In this document: positions 1 to 13,046 of the stretch, in pieces
Layout: each line of letters opens with the position of its first letter
Position numbering within the stretch: position 1 is the first letter of the stretch
Source of the DNA: Octopus bimaculoides
Lineage: Eukaryota
Length of the DNA: 64,000 nucleotides
Reading direction: 5' to 3'
Assembly (NCBI RefSeq): GCF_001194135.2
Contig: NC_068981.1
Span: 150,073,529-150,137,528 of the forward strand
Made by a program: the position numbers and the translations under genes
The notes under the pieces: generated by a model
What the model was told of the DNA's origin: nothing
What the model saw: the letters and a program-made list of their open reading frames with translations, nothing else
Databases searched by the model: none

Positions 1-3000
1 AGATTTTGAAAATAATATTGGTTTCAAATTTTGGTAGTGTNNNNNNNNNNNNNNNNNNNNNNNNNNNNNNNNNNNNNNNNNNNNNNNNNNNNNNNNNNNN
101 NNNNNNNNNNNNNNNNNNNNNNNNNNNNNNNNNNNNNNNNNNNNNNNNNNNNNNNNNNNNNNNNNNNNNNNNNNNNNNNNNNNNNNNNNNNNNNNNNNNN
201 NNNNNNNNNNNNNNNNNNNNNNNNNNNNNNNNNNNNNNNNNNNNNNNNNNNNNNNNNNNNNNNNNNNNNNNNNNNNNNNNNNNNNNNNNNNNNNNNNNNN
301 NNNNNNNNNNNNNNNNNNNNNNNNNNNNNNNNNNNNNNNNNNNNNNNNNNNNNNNNNNNNNNNNNNNNNNNNNNNNNNNNNNNNNNNNNNNNNNNNNNNN
401 NNNNNNNNNNNNNNNNNNNNNNNNNNNNNNNNNNNNNNNNNNNNNNNNNNNNNNNNNNNNNNNNNNNNNNNNNNNNNNNNNNNNNNNNNNNNNNNNNNNN
501 NNNNNNNNNNNNNNNNNNNNNNNNNNNNNNNNNNNNNNNNNNNNNNNNNNNNNNNNNNNNNNNNNNNNNNNNNNNNNNNNNNNNNNNNNNNNNNNNNNNN
601 NNNNNNNNNNNNNNNNNNNNNNNNNNNNNNNNNNNNNNNNNNNNNNNNNNNNNNNNNNNNNNNNNNNNNNNNNNNNNNNNNNNNNNNNNNNNNNNNNNNN
701 NNNNNNNNNNNNNNNNNNNNNNNNNNNNNNNNNNNNNNNNNNNNNNNNNNNNNNNNNNNNNNNNNNNNNNNNNNNNNNNNNNNNNNNNNNNNNNNNNNNN
801 NNNNNNNNNNNNNNNNNNNNNNNNNNNNNNNNNNNNNNNNNNNNNNNNNNNNNNNNNNNNNNNNNNNNNNNNNNNNNNNNNNNNNNNNNNNNNNNNNNNN
901 NNNNNNNNNNNNNNNNNNNNNNNNNNNNNNNNNNNNNNNNNNNNNNNNNNNNNNNNNNNNNNNNNNNNNNNNNNNNNNNNNNNNNNNNNNATATATATAT
1001 ATATAATGATAAAACTTTTGTCTGTGGGATCATACACATCTCAACATTTAACTTTCCGATTCGTGCACATGGGGGTAATGTGATTAATTGACAGAAATAA
1101 AGACGAGAAGCTTAAACCAGAAAATCTAACTGAAATGCCTACATGTGCATTTTGCTTTGTTGTAGACAATATACCAGGCGCCAAAATTCAAGTGGAGTGA
1201 GACATTAGTAAATCCCCAGGCCGATATTTTGTATGTTTCCGTGTAAGTGCAGACGCACATACGTACGTACAAATACAGTTATGTAAACACACATTTTGGT
1301 CAGTGTATATTTAAACTTATTCGCAAGTTTGCATATGAGCATGTGATATCGCTTTAACTAAAAATCATTGATATTTGTTCAAATGCCTGCTTTAAACCAT
1401 AGTCTGGATTTAATTACAGAGTCAGCAATACACTTTAACATAAGTATGTATGAAGAAATTTAATGGTTCCAAACGGAAAACATATTGTAGACACATACAT
1501 GAGTATGTGCTTGTTGTGTGCGTGTATGCACTATTGCGCTGATATATGAGTATGGATATATGAATATATATATATATGTATGTATAGATATATATATATA
1601 TATATATATATATACATGTGTGTGTATACGTATGCATATATATATATGTATATATATATTTATGTGTGCTTATATATATATATATATTTGTATNNNNNNN
1701 NNNNNNNNNNNNNNNNNNNNNNNNNNNNNNNNNNNNNNNNNNNNNNNNNNNNNNNNNNNNNNNNNNNNNNNNNNNNNNNNNNNNNNNNNNNNNNNNNNNN
1801 NNNNNNNNNNNNNNNNNNNNNNNNNNNNNNNNNNNNNNNNNNNNNNNNNNNNNNNNNNNNNNNNNNNNNNNNNNNNNNNNNNNNNNNNNNNNNNNNNNNN
1901 NNNNNNNNNNNNNNNNNNNNNNNNNNNNNNNNNNNNNNNNNNNNNNNNNNNNNNNNNNNNNNNNNNNNNNNNNNNNNNNNNNNNNNNNNNNNNNNNNNNN
2001 NNNNNNNNNNNNNNNNNNNNNNNNNNNNNNNNNNNNNNNNNNNNNNNNNNNNNNNNNNNNNNNNNNNNNNNNNNNNNNNNNNNNNNNNNNNNNNNNNNNN
2101 NNNNNNNNNNNNNNNNNNNNNNNNNNNNNNNNNNNNNNNNNNNNNNNNNNNNNNNNNNNNNNNNNNNNNNNNNNNNNNNNNNNNNNNNNNNNNNNNNNNN
2201 NNGTGTGTGTGTATGTGTGTACACATTCGCACGGGCGCAGTTGATTATACGTTATTGTATGAGTGTGTTTGTGCGTGTGTACGATGAAATTAAGATTATT
2301 AGTAAAATGCGTTGCTGTAATTTTAACTATAAACGATTTTAAAACAGTTTATGTTATCCATGTCACTTTCAATAATACACAGAAATGTAAGCTTTCCATA
2401 AGTGTTTTTAAGAGTTACTTCAGTGTAGCATCCGTGTGATAAATAGTTCGTATTAATAAAAATTATCGAAATAATATCCACGAATAAGTCAACGTTATTT
2501 TATTCTTTATCCAATACTTAATGTCATAATACATACTTATCAACTTTCATTTTGAGGATCGCTATGTTTCTATTCTTAGTTTTCGCTGAATACTTGTAAG
2601 TATATAAAGTATATAAAGATTTTGCTGCAAAATCCTATTGCTTCTTGTTCAGACATAAGACTTACCAAAAAAGATATGTGACTGTTCATGGGTAACTGAA
2701 TTTGTATGCTTTTGCCTGTGTACGTATAGATTAATAGAAGAGATAGCTAGATAACTAGCTAGCTAGTTAACGCGAGAGAAGAGGGAGAGAAGGTGGCCAA
2801 GACTATTTCTATTAAACACTAACGGTAGAGAGAACTCACTACTTGCTTCCGCTTATGCTATACCTTCCGTGCCTTAACGAGTGAGTAAACTACGGAAATG
2901 GCGGTGTTTCATTTTCGCATATGCATGTGGTATCTTGACCACCGATTGACAAACGCTGTCTGATGTGTTTCCAAAAAATCTAAGTATTGACTTCGGCTTA

Positions 3001-3037
3001 TAAAAATAAGTGGTGGCAGGGCACAGTTTATTTAGAC

Positions 3038-3224
3038 TTTGAACTTTGTAATGTCAAAAGTCTATGGGATACGACTGACATGCTTTGAACTTTGTAATGT
3101 CAAAAGTCTATGGGATACGACTGACATGCTTTGAACTTTGTAATGTCAAACGTCTATGGGATACGACTGACATGCTTTGAACTTTGTAATGTCAAACGTC
3201 TATGGGATACGACTGACATGCTTT
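3038..3224. repeat. Tandem minisatellite, 4 x 46 bp
   Basis: The unit TTTGAACTTTGTAATGTCAAA[A/C]GTCTATGGGATACGACTGACATGC starts at 3038, 3084, 3130 and 3176. Units 1-2 carry A and units 3-4 carry C at the single variable site. There are no spacers. Confidence 0.97.
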
Positions 3225-3387
3225 TTCTTATTGCCGGGCTTTTTCACTTAAACCGATAATCCTAGGGGGAAACTATTTTGGACATCTTACATGACAATAC
3301 AGTTCTATATTTAAGAGATGAGGAATTATGTACATTATTTACATTATTTATATTTGACGGATATTTGTCCTCGTCTTGTTTGTTGTT

Positions 3388-3432
3388 AACACATTTCGGC
3401 TGATATACCTTCCAGCCTTCTTCAGGTGTCTT
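3388..3432 (-). ncRNA. Degenerate minimal type-I hammerhead ribozyme motif
   Basis: Core CUGAAGA (3425-3419), stem II GGCUG/CAGCC, GAAA (3397-3394), and stem I GACAC/GUGUU. Only one nucleotide lies between GAAA and stem I, so stem III and the cleavage triplet are missing in this copy. Confidence 0.55.
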
Positions 3433-3482
3433 GGGGAAATTTCGAACCAGGGTTCTCATTCCTAAGATAACATTTTTCGATG

Positions 3483-3687
<205 letters not shown>

Positions 3688-3847
3688 TCACTGCCTGGAA
3701 TCGAACTCGAAATCTTGGGGTTAGTAGCCCGCGATCTTAACTACTAGCCTTAGCTTATATGATTGGCAATAACAAGACTCTGGTTATCGTACCTGATCAA
3801 GCATAAGACCATACAGACACACACACGCAAGCATGTTCACTCACACA

Positions 3848-3900
<53 letters not shown>

Positions 3901-4870
3901 GTGTGTTTGTGTGTGTGTGTGTGTGTTTCTTCGTGTTTAGTGTTTCGTATGTCTTTTACATTTAGTAAGTAAATTATTATTACCACTAGCGGGATCCGTA
4001 AATATTTCACTCAATTCATGATAAACCAACAGGGTTATTTCTGAAGACTGTATCCCCAAAAAACTGAAAGCGTAGCCAGTGTTGTGTTTGTATGGAAAGA
4101 GAGTCCCTCATCTGCTACTCACTGAAAAATGAAAGACATTGGAATACGATGATTACTTAATGCACTTTGTATATACACTCTACAGACTTTATACACAATG
4201 ATATAGATTTAATACACAGCACTCATAAAGCAAATATTCACTTTCATTTTTCCATTTTTTCCATGAGCAAAAAACAAATCCTGTACATATGATACAACCT
4301 GTTTTTAAATTGCATATACCTTCCACGTAAATAAGCGCGAATATATCATGGAATTGCACTTATGCGCATGCGTTAAGTGATAGGTGACATAAAAAAATTA
4401 GTTTCATTTAAAAAAAAATACATATCACTATCCAATAACCACCGCCACCACCTCCATCTACACCACCTCCATCTACACCACTTCCACCACCACCACCACC
4501 ACNNNNNNNNNNNNNNNNNNNNNNNNNNNNNNNNNNNNNNNNNNNNNNNNNNNNNNNNNNNNNNNNNNNNNNNNNNNNNNNNNNNNNNNNNNNNNNNNNN
4601 NNNNNNNNNNNNNNNNNNNNNNNNNNNNNNNNNNNNNNNNNNNNNNNNNNNNNNNNNNNNNNNNNNNNNNNNNNNNNNNNNNNNNNNNNNNNNNNNNNNN
4701 NNNNNNNNNNNNNNNNNNNNNNNNNNNNNNNNNNNNNNNNNNNNNNNNNNNNNNNNNNNNNNNNNNNNNNNNNNNNNNNNNNNNNNNNNNNNNNNNNNNN
4801 NNNNNNNNNNNNNNNNNNNNNNNNNNNNNNNNNNNNNNNNNNNNNNNNNNNNNNNNNNNNNNNNNNNNNN

Positions 4871-4923
<53 letters not shown>

Positions 4924-5479
4924 CTTTCTTTAACCTCCCGATCAGAACATCATCCCTCTGCTAAAATTATATTTTTAACGCTCCTCCTCTACATCATCAC
5001 TACCTTGAAATAATTTTTTTCATCACGTGATAAATATTATGTTCTCCCTACTTCACGTCATGGACACTTCTCTCTCCGCCTTTTTCTGTCTCTGTCTTCT
5101 TCTTTCTCCCTCTTTCTGTCTCACTCTTCGCCTAATCCACTTTTTCTCTCAATTTTTCTTTCTCCTCTTTTTCCCTTCAACTAATCACGTGAAAACGTTA
5201 CAATTACATTCCCTCTACCTCACATCATGGACGCCTCTCACTCCCTCTTTCTATCTCTCCCTCTTTTCTATCTCCCACTTTTTCCCCAATCCCGTGAGGG
5301 CGTTACCGACGGGCAAAGTAACGGAATGACAAGCAGAATTATTATAAGATTATTTGTTTTGTGATTGTTTCTGTTTTATAACCATGGCTTTGTCGATGTT
5401 ACCCTTTCTAAATGTTTTCCACCTTATTGTCCATGTTATAATAAACAAACTGCAGACGTTTAGCTACCTTGGTATCGAC

Positions 5480-5535
5480 TGTGACTTTTATCCTTCGGAG
5501 GTCAATAAGAAAGTACCAGTTGCATATTGCGGACG
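5480..5535 (+). mobile_element. Fragment of short SINE family A
   Basis: GACTTTTATCCTTCGGAGGTCAATAAGAAAGTACCAGTTG resembles the family A body at 43450-43500. Confidence 0.5.
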
Positions 5536-5677
5536 ATTTGCCCATCTCGATCTCGAGATCTGAGGCCAATATTGGAAATTTATGTTGATATTGCAGCAGC
5601 ACCGACACCAACACTGCCACTACCACCACCACCACCACCATTAATTGAAGCAGCACCAAGCAGCAGCAGTTGAAAAG

Positions 5678-5678
<1 letters not shown>

Positions 5679-5730
<52 letters not shown>

Positions 5731-5746
5731 GGTGGTGGTAGTGGTG

Positions 5747-5816
<70 letters not shown>

Positions 5817-5817
5817 A
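5679..5817. repeat. (GTA/GTG)n microsatellite
   Basis: Direct reading. Explains the poly-Val and poly-Thr ORFs. Confidence 0.98.
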
Positions 5818-5976
5818 CATCGTAATATTATTCTCGTTAATCAAATAATCTACTGCACGTGCAATTGATTCCTTCTTTAGCTACATATTTACAACATTTT
5901 ATCTCGTATATGACACTGCCACATGTTTAAAGATGGGAGAGTAAGATCTTGCAATTGAAACAGAGATGGAATTAGA

Positions 5977-6007
<31 letters not shown>

Positions 6008-6551
6008 CAAAACAAACANNNNNNNNNNNNNNNNNNNNNNNNNNNNNNNNNNNNNNNNNNNNNNNNNNNNNNNNNNNNNNNNNNNNNNNNNNNNNNNNNN
6101 NNNNNNNNNNNNNNNNNNNNNNNNNNNNNNNNNNNNNNNNNNNNNNNNNNNNNNNNNNNNNNNNNNNNNNNNNNNNNNNNNNNNNNNNNNNNNNNNNNNN
6201 NNNNNNNNNNNNNNNNNNNNNNNNNNNNNNNNNNNNNNNNNNNNNNNNNNNNNNNNNNNNNNNNNNNNNNNNNNNNNNNNNNNNNNNNNNNNNNNNNNNN
6301 NNNNNNNNNNNNNNNNNNNNNNNNNNNNNNNNNNNNNNNNNNNNNNNNNNNNNNNNNNNNNNNNNNNNNNNNNATATATATATATATATACATGCAATAT
6401 ATTACACAAATATACATAGCACAAGTAGAAATAGGATTAAATATCCCACATTTCACTTGCTTTTATACACTACAGATTGAAAAATCTAATCTCTTTTACA
6501 GAGTTCCGCAGAGAGAGAGAGAGAGAGAGAGAGTAGCCAAGCAGGCGATAA

Positions 6552-6567
6552 GTAGTAGTAGCAGCAA

Positions 6568-6606
<39 letters not shown>

Positions 6607-6705
6607 CAGCAGCAGTAGTAGCAGCAGCAGTAGTAGCAGCAATAGTAGTAGTAGTAGTAGTAGCAGTAGTAGCTGCAGTGATAGTAGTAAAAATAATAGT
6701 AACAA
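6552..6705. repeat. (TAG/CAG)n compound microsatellite
   Basis: Direct reading. Explains the poly-Ser/Leu/Tyr ORFs. Confidence 0.97.
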
Positions 6706-7261
6706 CAGCCGTAGTGGCAATAACCCCAGTAAAAGAAAATCACTTCTATATTTGGTCAAAATTAACACTACACTGATATATGCATTGTGGGTTTGTGTGG
6801 TTGAGTGGTTAAGAAAATCGTTCCTCAGTTACAGGGTTTCGGGTTTAATTCTGCTGAGCAGCTGTTTAGGAATCTGTTATCATAGTGTCGAATTAACAAA
6901 ACGGAATTTGATAATTTGGTAGTTCGAAATTGTTTGAAATCACGTTGGAAGGACTTTTTTTCTTCTTGGACAGTTAAGTTTAATCTGTTACTAAGATTAA
7001 CCTGAAGGAAAGCGTTATATAATCGAGTGATTGCTAGAAATTCCACCAATACGTCATTCAACCCAAACCCCATCGTTATAAAGAAATTGGGGGTGCAAGA
7101 CATTTAATGTAGTACAGAGTAAGCTATAGCCACGGCAAAGTACGCTATACACCATGACGGCACCACAACCCGAAGTCAGCTATTGTAGATCATGAAATTT
7201 TCGAGAAAAATTCCAATGGACTATCGGACTGAACCATAACCTATACCAGTTCAACAGAAAG

Positions 7262-7568
7262 GCTTCTTCTTCCGACTAAATCATAAAATCATCTATACGT
7301 AGTGGTTTGATACTATGGCACTATGCATGATACCTTAGGGAAGACTCATCTGCCATGGTTCTAAACGGACCGATATAGTTTGAGAGTGAATATTCATAAA
7401 CCGAAACCGTGGAAATCTGTGGCGTGAGTATATATAAAGAAAGAAATGAGCACAAAAGGTACAAAGTAGGAGGAACAAATTCAAACAGATGTAGTATTAA
7501 TTTAGCGCGTAAAAGGAAGGGAAAGTTTGCTGATGTTTCGAAAGTTAGCCCATCACTACAAGGGAGAT
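7262..7568 (-). repeat. Left arm of a 307-bp inverted repeat (PLE-pLTR-like)
   Basis: Reverse complement of 11752-12058, with about 10 mismatches by hand alignment and no indels. Confidence 0.95.
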
Positions 7569-7569
7569 C

Positions 7570-10420
7570 TCTCGATAGGCTACTTGAAGAGACTTAAAGA
7601 ATACTGGGATGAGAAATATTCAGCATTCTGAACTTTTTCGGAGAAACAATTATGCCAGCAAGCTACATATGCTGGAAAGAAGTATGCCACCCAACCAAAC
7701 ACAATCACTCAACTACAATGTACAAATGATAATACTCGTATTGACAACACAGTAAAATCTTCCTTCGAAGAGACTGAACGACAAGAAACACAACCGAGAC
7801 TAACTCAAAAATAACAAACCTGCCGCCACTACACGGACAATTGGCAACCACTTATGATCTCACAAAAACTAGCGAAGAGTATGAAATAATAAAATCAACG
7901 CCTGCATCGAAGTTCAATTAGAACATCACTTCTTACATAAGAAAAATTCTACCAACCTAATGTTACCCGCGATCGACGAAATTGCGGGATAACTTGCTCA
8001 AATTTAAACTCATAGCTTTTAGACAATAAATTTTCTGTTATATTGTGCCGCAGTTACTGCGCGTCGATAGACGGAAGTAAAAGAGAGCGATCCAAAGGAT
8101 AATACTAAACCAAAATAGATTGCCTCCCTCTAAAGTAACATCAACGGACTCAGGAAAAAGATAGGACAGTTGGTCACTTTCATCAAATGCAAAACTAAGA
8201 ATGAGTCCATGAATCACCAGCTACAAATTCTCCAAACTTTATGGGAATTACCGCCGGGAAACTTTCACAGTCAGACTGATGACCCTCGGTCACGATTTAC
8301 GAGCGGTAAGTCAAAAATGTAAGAGAAATGATAAATCACAAGTTTGTCAGAAACCCAGAAAATGTATAACGCAGTATGAAAGGCGATACCATCAAGGTAG
8401 TAAATGGTCCTCCCTAAGAAGACCTAGAGTCATTCTGGCAGGGAATCTGGAATCTAAACAAAGAAAACTGGTGATGTCGCATGGTTACAGGAACTGCAAA
8501 GTAAGTATTGTGTAAATGCCTCTCTCAAAATATATAACATCGACAGCGAAACACTCCTGATGCTTATAATGAGACTGCCGAAGGGAAACTCAACTGTAAG
8601 AGACGTGATACCAGGATACTGGTACAAAATGCTTATGGAAATTCTCGCAACCCTGTTTAAGAAAACACTGAGCGCTGAGCTTGCTATACCAGATTGGCTG
8701 ACGGTTGCAAGAACTACTCTTATTCCAAGATCAGAAACTGTAGGCTCAAAGCGCGCTTGAATGTTATGTACAAACTGTACACAGGTTACCTGAATATGTT
8801 TGTACCAAGCAAATGATGCGATAACTGATGAGCAAGTACAAGAAATGAAAGATGTCTAGGACTGTGCTGAATAGCTCCTCCTCAATAAATCTGTCCTTAA
8901 ATAAACCAAGAAACATCGCCGTGATCTCTTAAGAAATTGGCTAGACAAAGAATTTGGCGTTCGACTCACTCATGCTATTCACTCATGGATGATAGAATCA
9001 TTACCACTTGCCAAATTACTAGTTTCTCTAGCAAAGGTCATTGAAAGATTGAGTACATCATGGTCCACACAGTTACCACTGACAAGTCCTTAAGCAACAC
9101 CTATTTTTTAAATGAGACATAGAAATGGAATGTGGGTAGGATAAACGCTCATATATGACAGTCAACTGAGGAGATATAGAACAGATAGAGAACATGTACA
9201 TCAATGACTTGTCTATCTCCCTCATTTCTAATGATGAAAACTACGAGTATCTTGGAATCAATGACAATGTTGCATAATTCGGTGCTGTGACTAAAGCCAG
9301 AATAACAAAAGAAAACTTCTGTAGATTCTTGAAAATATAGAACTCAGAGTTGTCTGCATTTAACAAGACTATATCTTACAATGCTTTGGTAGTGCAAGGG
9401 CAGATCTGCAGCCTGGACATCAAACTAGAATTGTACTGACCACCACTGACAACTTCCACATCAACGACATCGTCAAAATCTATGCGACGCGAAGTGATGG
9501 CCGTAGAAGCATGAGATCAGTACAAACAGCCTTTAAATGTCGCATTGTATCTCTCAAACAATACTTGCTGAATTGTAAAGAAAAGAATACTTTTCATTCA
9601 CTCTCAAAAGTGAAGTCAACACCTTCTGAGTTGGAGAAGAACTACTGAGCAGATATTCTGAAAATAAAATGCGACCCAAAGGAGGCTAGACTGACCTACT
9701 TAAACAGAAGCTTGGAGGAGAAGCAGGCATCATACCAGCAAAAAAGCATGGTTACACATCCCATAAGCTAGAGGATAACGAAATTTACAGGAAGATAGCC
9801 TCTCTATTATATTCCATCAAGAAGGATGTGCCTTCGCTATACCAGAGTGGAAGACATTACCCACATCAGCAGTAGGTGTCCCCAAAATGTCTACGAGATA
9901 CAACTGCCCTAAGGCATGATATAGTTGCAAAGACTATTTACAACGCTATCTGCAAGAAGGCTTGCCATGCTGTATACACCAAAGGCATGTCAGTACCAGC
10001 ATGTATTCACACCTTTCAAAACAAGGAATACTGGAGGAGCAGTCCAATGAAAACTGTAATTCGGTGCAGACATAACAGATCTGATATTGTTCTGTGGAAG
10101 AGGAAAGAAAAGTCATACACTGTTGGAGACTTCAGCTACACAGTGAATGTGAATGTACCATCGAAACACCAGAAAAAGGTGAACATTTCTGGTGAATTAA
10201 TGTGGGACTTACAGTTCTAGCACCCTGACAATAAATACTGGTTTGAAACTATCATCAAAGGTACTTTGAGCTAAATATCTACAAATTTATACAAAATACT
10301 GAAAATACTAGGTTTTTCAAAAACAAAAAAAGAGCGAAACAAACTGACAGCTTTTAAGACATTACAAAGATTTTCCATTGGAACATTTTTATATGATTAA
10401 ATGCACACGCTCGGGTGTGT
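7570..10420 (+). mobile_element. Degenerate non-LTR retrotransposon with REL endonuclease (R4/Dong-like clade)
   Basis: Broken frames give IGYLKRLKEYWDEK...SEKQLCQQA (N-terminal region), ESFWQGIW, VIPGYWYK...IPDWLTVARTTLIP, LNVMYKLYTG, LLLNKSVL, HSWMIES, NYEYLGI, LDIK.RIVLT..DNFH, then LRHDIVAK and HNRSDIVLW (RHD and PD-type REL motifs). The central RT motifs (QGDxLSP, YxDD) appear deleted at about 9080-9120. Many stops and frameshifts. Confidence 0.85.
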
Positions 10421-10942
10421 GCATTGACTGATCAACCAACTCAACCACATGTTTACAAACACGGGGAACTCTTTTAAGTCAAAATTCTTGTCGCTTTGTT
10501 AGAAACCGGCTTGAACTTTCTCAAAAAGATATAAAAAAAAAGAAAACATACGTACATACATGCACACATGCATTCTTATGCATTAAGATATGCGTATATA
10601 ACAATATTTCTCTATTTTAACCGGTGACATGTGGTTCGACCTGAATTTCCTTTCCAGCCTTTTCCTTCAACACTTAGCATTCATGTTATATCACCCAAAC
10701 ACTTTTCACATGTATCTTTATTTTAATAATTTTCCCCATATATAAACTTTTTCTTATATGCACTTTTTTCTTTAGCGCTTAACTGTAAATTGTGTCCCTT
10801 TTTGTTTCCCTACCTGTATCTACTTTCACTTCTTTTAGCAGCTTTTACCTTCCCCAAGCATTTCACTTGTTACATAACCTTCAAAGACTTTTCACTAGCG
10901 TTATCATTTTACTTTATATTATTACTATTCATATATTTATTT

Positions 10943-11328
10943 GTGGAGGCGCAATGGCCCAGTAGTTAGGGCAGCTGACTCGTGGTCATAAGATCGCGGT
11001 TTCGACTCCCAAACGGGGCGTTATGAGTGTTTATTGAGTGAAAACACCTAAAGTACCACGAGGCTCCGGCAGGGGATGGTAGCGAACCCTGCTGTACTCT
11101 TTCACCACAACTTTCTCTCACTCTTACTTCCTGTTTCTGTTGTGCCTGTAATTCAAAGGGCTAGCCTTGTCACACTCTGTGTCACGCTGAATATCCCCGA
11201 GAAATGCGTTAAGGGTACACGTGTCTGTCGAGTGCTCAGCCACTTGCACGTTAATATCACGAGCAGGCTGTTCCGTTGATCGAACCCTCGACATCGTAAG
11301 CGATGGAGTGCCAACAGCAACAACAACA
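10943..11328 (+). mobile_element. tRNA-derived SINE family B, near full length, 16-bp TSD
   Basis: Head GTGGAGGCGCAATGGCCCAGTAGTTAGGG...GTTTCGACTCC and (CAA)n tail. Perfect TSD ATTCATATATTTATTT at 10927-10942 and 11329-11344. A homologous copy lies at 47121-47518 on the opposite strand. Confidence 0.92.
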
Positions 11329-11599
11329 ATTCATATATTTATTTAATCGGTGTTTTTTCCTTAAATATCATATTCGCCTTTCCTTTCTTTCAGCTCACAC
11401 TAGCGCCTGCTACCTGCTGCCGTCAATCACTCCATCTTCTCACATACACTTTGATTTCACCAACACTTCATACTCCCCCCTCTACTAGTCTACGAGGTTA
11501 CGCCTTCTTGTTTGTGCACCTTCACATGCATACATACACCCAAATAAGGGACATGCACACCAAAAAGCACACATCTTCCCCTATTCCCATGTCTATACA

Positions 11600-12058
11600 A
11601 TGATAACCTCGTATACGTGCAAAATATATCAAACACCTCCCCTCCTAACAACCCACATGGAACTGCATTCCCAACGGCCCACTATCTCTTTCATATTCTC
11701 TTTTTTCTTATCCAACTCTCTTTTCTCGTTCATTCTCTTTTATTTTTTCTTATCTCCCTTGTAGTGATGGGCTAACTTTCGAAACATCAGCAAACTTTCC
11801 CTTCCTTTTACGCGCTAAATTAATACTACATCTGTTTGAATTTGTTCCTCCTACTTCGTACCTTTTGTGCTCATTTCTTTCTTTATATATACTCATGCCA
11901 CAGATTTCCACGGTTCGCGTTTATGAATATTCACTCTCAAACTATATCGGTCTGTTTAGAACCATGGCAGATGAGTCTTCCCTAAGGTATCATGCATAGT
12001 GCCGTAGTATCAAACCACTTCGTCTAGATGATTTTATGATTTAGTCGGAAGAGGAAGC
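11600..12058 (+). mobile_element. Probable PLE 3' end; 11752-12058 is the right arm of the inverted repeat
   Basis: Weak GIY-YIG C-terminal-like residues (KYIKHL..NPHG) at about 11620-11670, a pyrimidine tract, then GTGATGGGCTAACTTTCGAAACATCAG, a decayed hammerhead-like string. The inverted repeat is directly visible; the PLE assignment is inferred. Confidence 0.5.
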
Positions 12059-13004
12059 GCAGCCCTCCGACACTGAAGAGGAAAGAGAAAAACGAACCAC
12101 GACTAATGGAGCACATTACGAAATCGATTTTTTCTGAGATCGGAGAATTGAACCAAATACGTGGAGCAGAGGTGACTCAGCCAAGAACCAGATGGTGGTG
12201 TTAAACTAGGCGTCACATTAAATCTATTGCCTAAAGCACGCACAGTCTCTCCGACCACGAGCAGTATAATTTGTTTTTAAGCCTGTCTGTTTGTGTTTAC
12301 AAATACACAATGGTTTACTCAGAAGCTGTTCTCCAGACTCTTCTCGGATTAAAAGAAATTACGTAATAGTAATTGTGAGTAAAATAAGCTGCCATGTTAC
12401 GAATAGATTTTCACTTCTATCTCATCACGACACATCTTGATTATTCACAGGGACCATATTATAAAGTTGGAAATATGAAGGTACAAATATTTAAAACAAA
12501 ATCTAATGCCACATATTAATCGCCGCATCATACGGCCCTTCCTCTGATATTCCTCTGGGAATGAAACTGTGAAATACGTATATTTATTTGGTCCTATTTC
12601 ATGCTTCGACACTGTTTTATCCGGAGACAGTATGTTATCGATTCGTTAGCTCTTCACAAAGAGAATGACTTTGCGGATTTGGAGTTCGTTGTAAATATTT
12701 ATCTTCATACTATAATTGCGCTTAAGGGGAATATTACTGCCCTTATGATGTATTAGTAGTAAATAAACAAAGAATATTTGAGTATCCTCACATAATTATG
12801 TCCAGATTATCAATCGTCGGAACATCAATAGTTTATCCCACTCTGTATAATATAAGTGATTTAAAAATAACATCATATATTAGTCTTTGGCACGAATTTG
12901 GACAACAACGAGAAAAGGTAAACAAAAGCCCAAAGGCAATTGTTAACCGTCTTCGATTGAGAAGTTAGTTTCAAGGAATGAAAAGTCTATCTCATATATA
13001 TATG

Positions 13005-13046
<42 letters not shown>

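Noticed and set aside
3038-3224. CRISPR-like array
   Set aside because: The units are contiguous with no unique spacers, the context is eukaryotic, and no cas genes are present.
3684-3754. Functional tRNA gene (also the heads at 10943, 33838 and 43361)
   Set aside because: The A/B boxes are present but there is no complete cloverleaf or acceptor stem, and each is attached to a repeat body. These are SINE heads.
8278-8300. CTGATGA and CTGAAGAG (also at 12074) as hammerhead cores
   Set aside because: There is no properly placed GAAA or stems, and such 7-mers are expected by chance in 64 kb.
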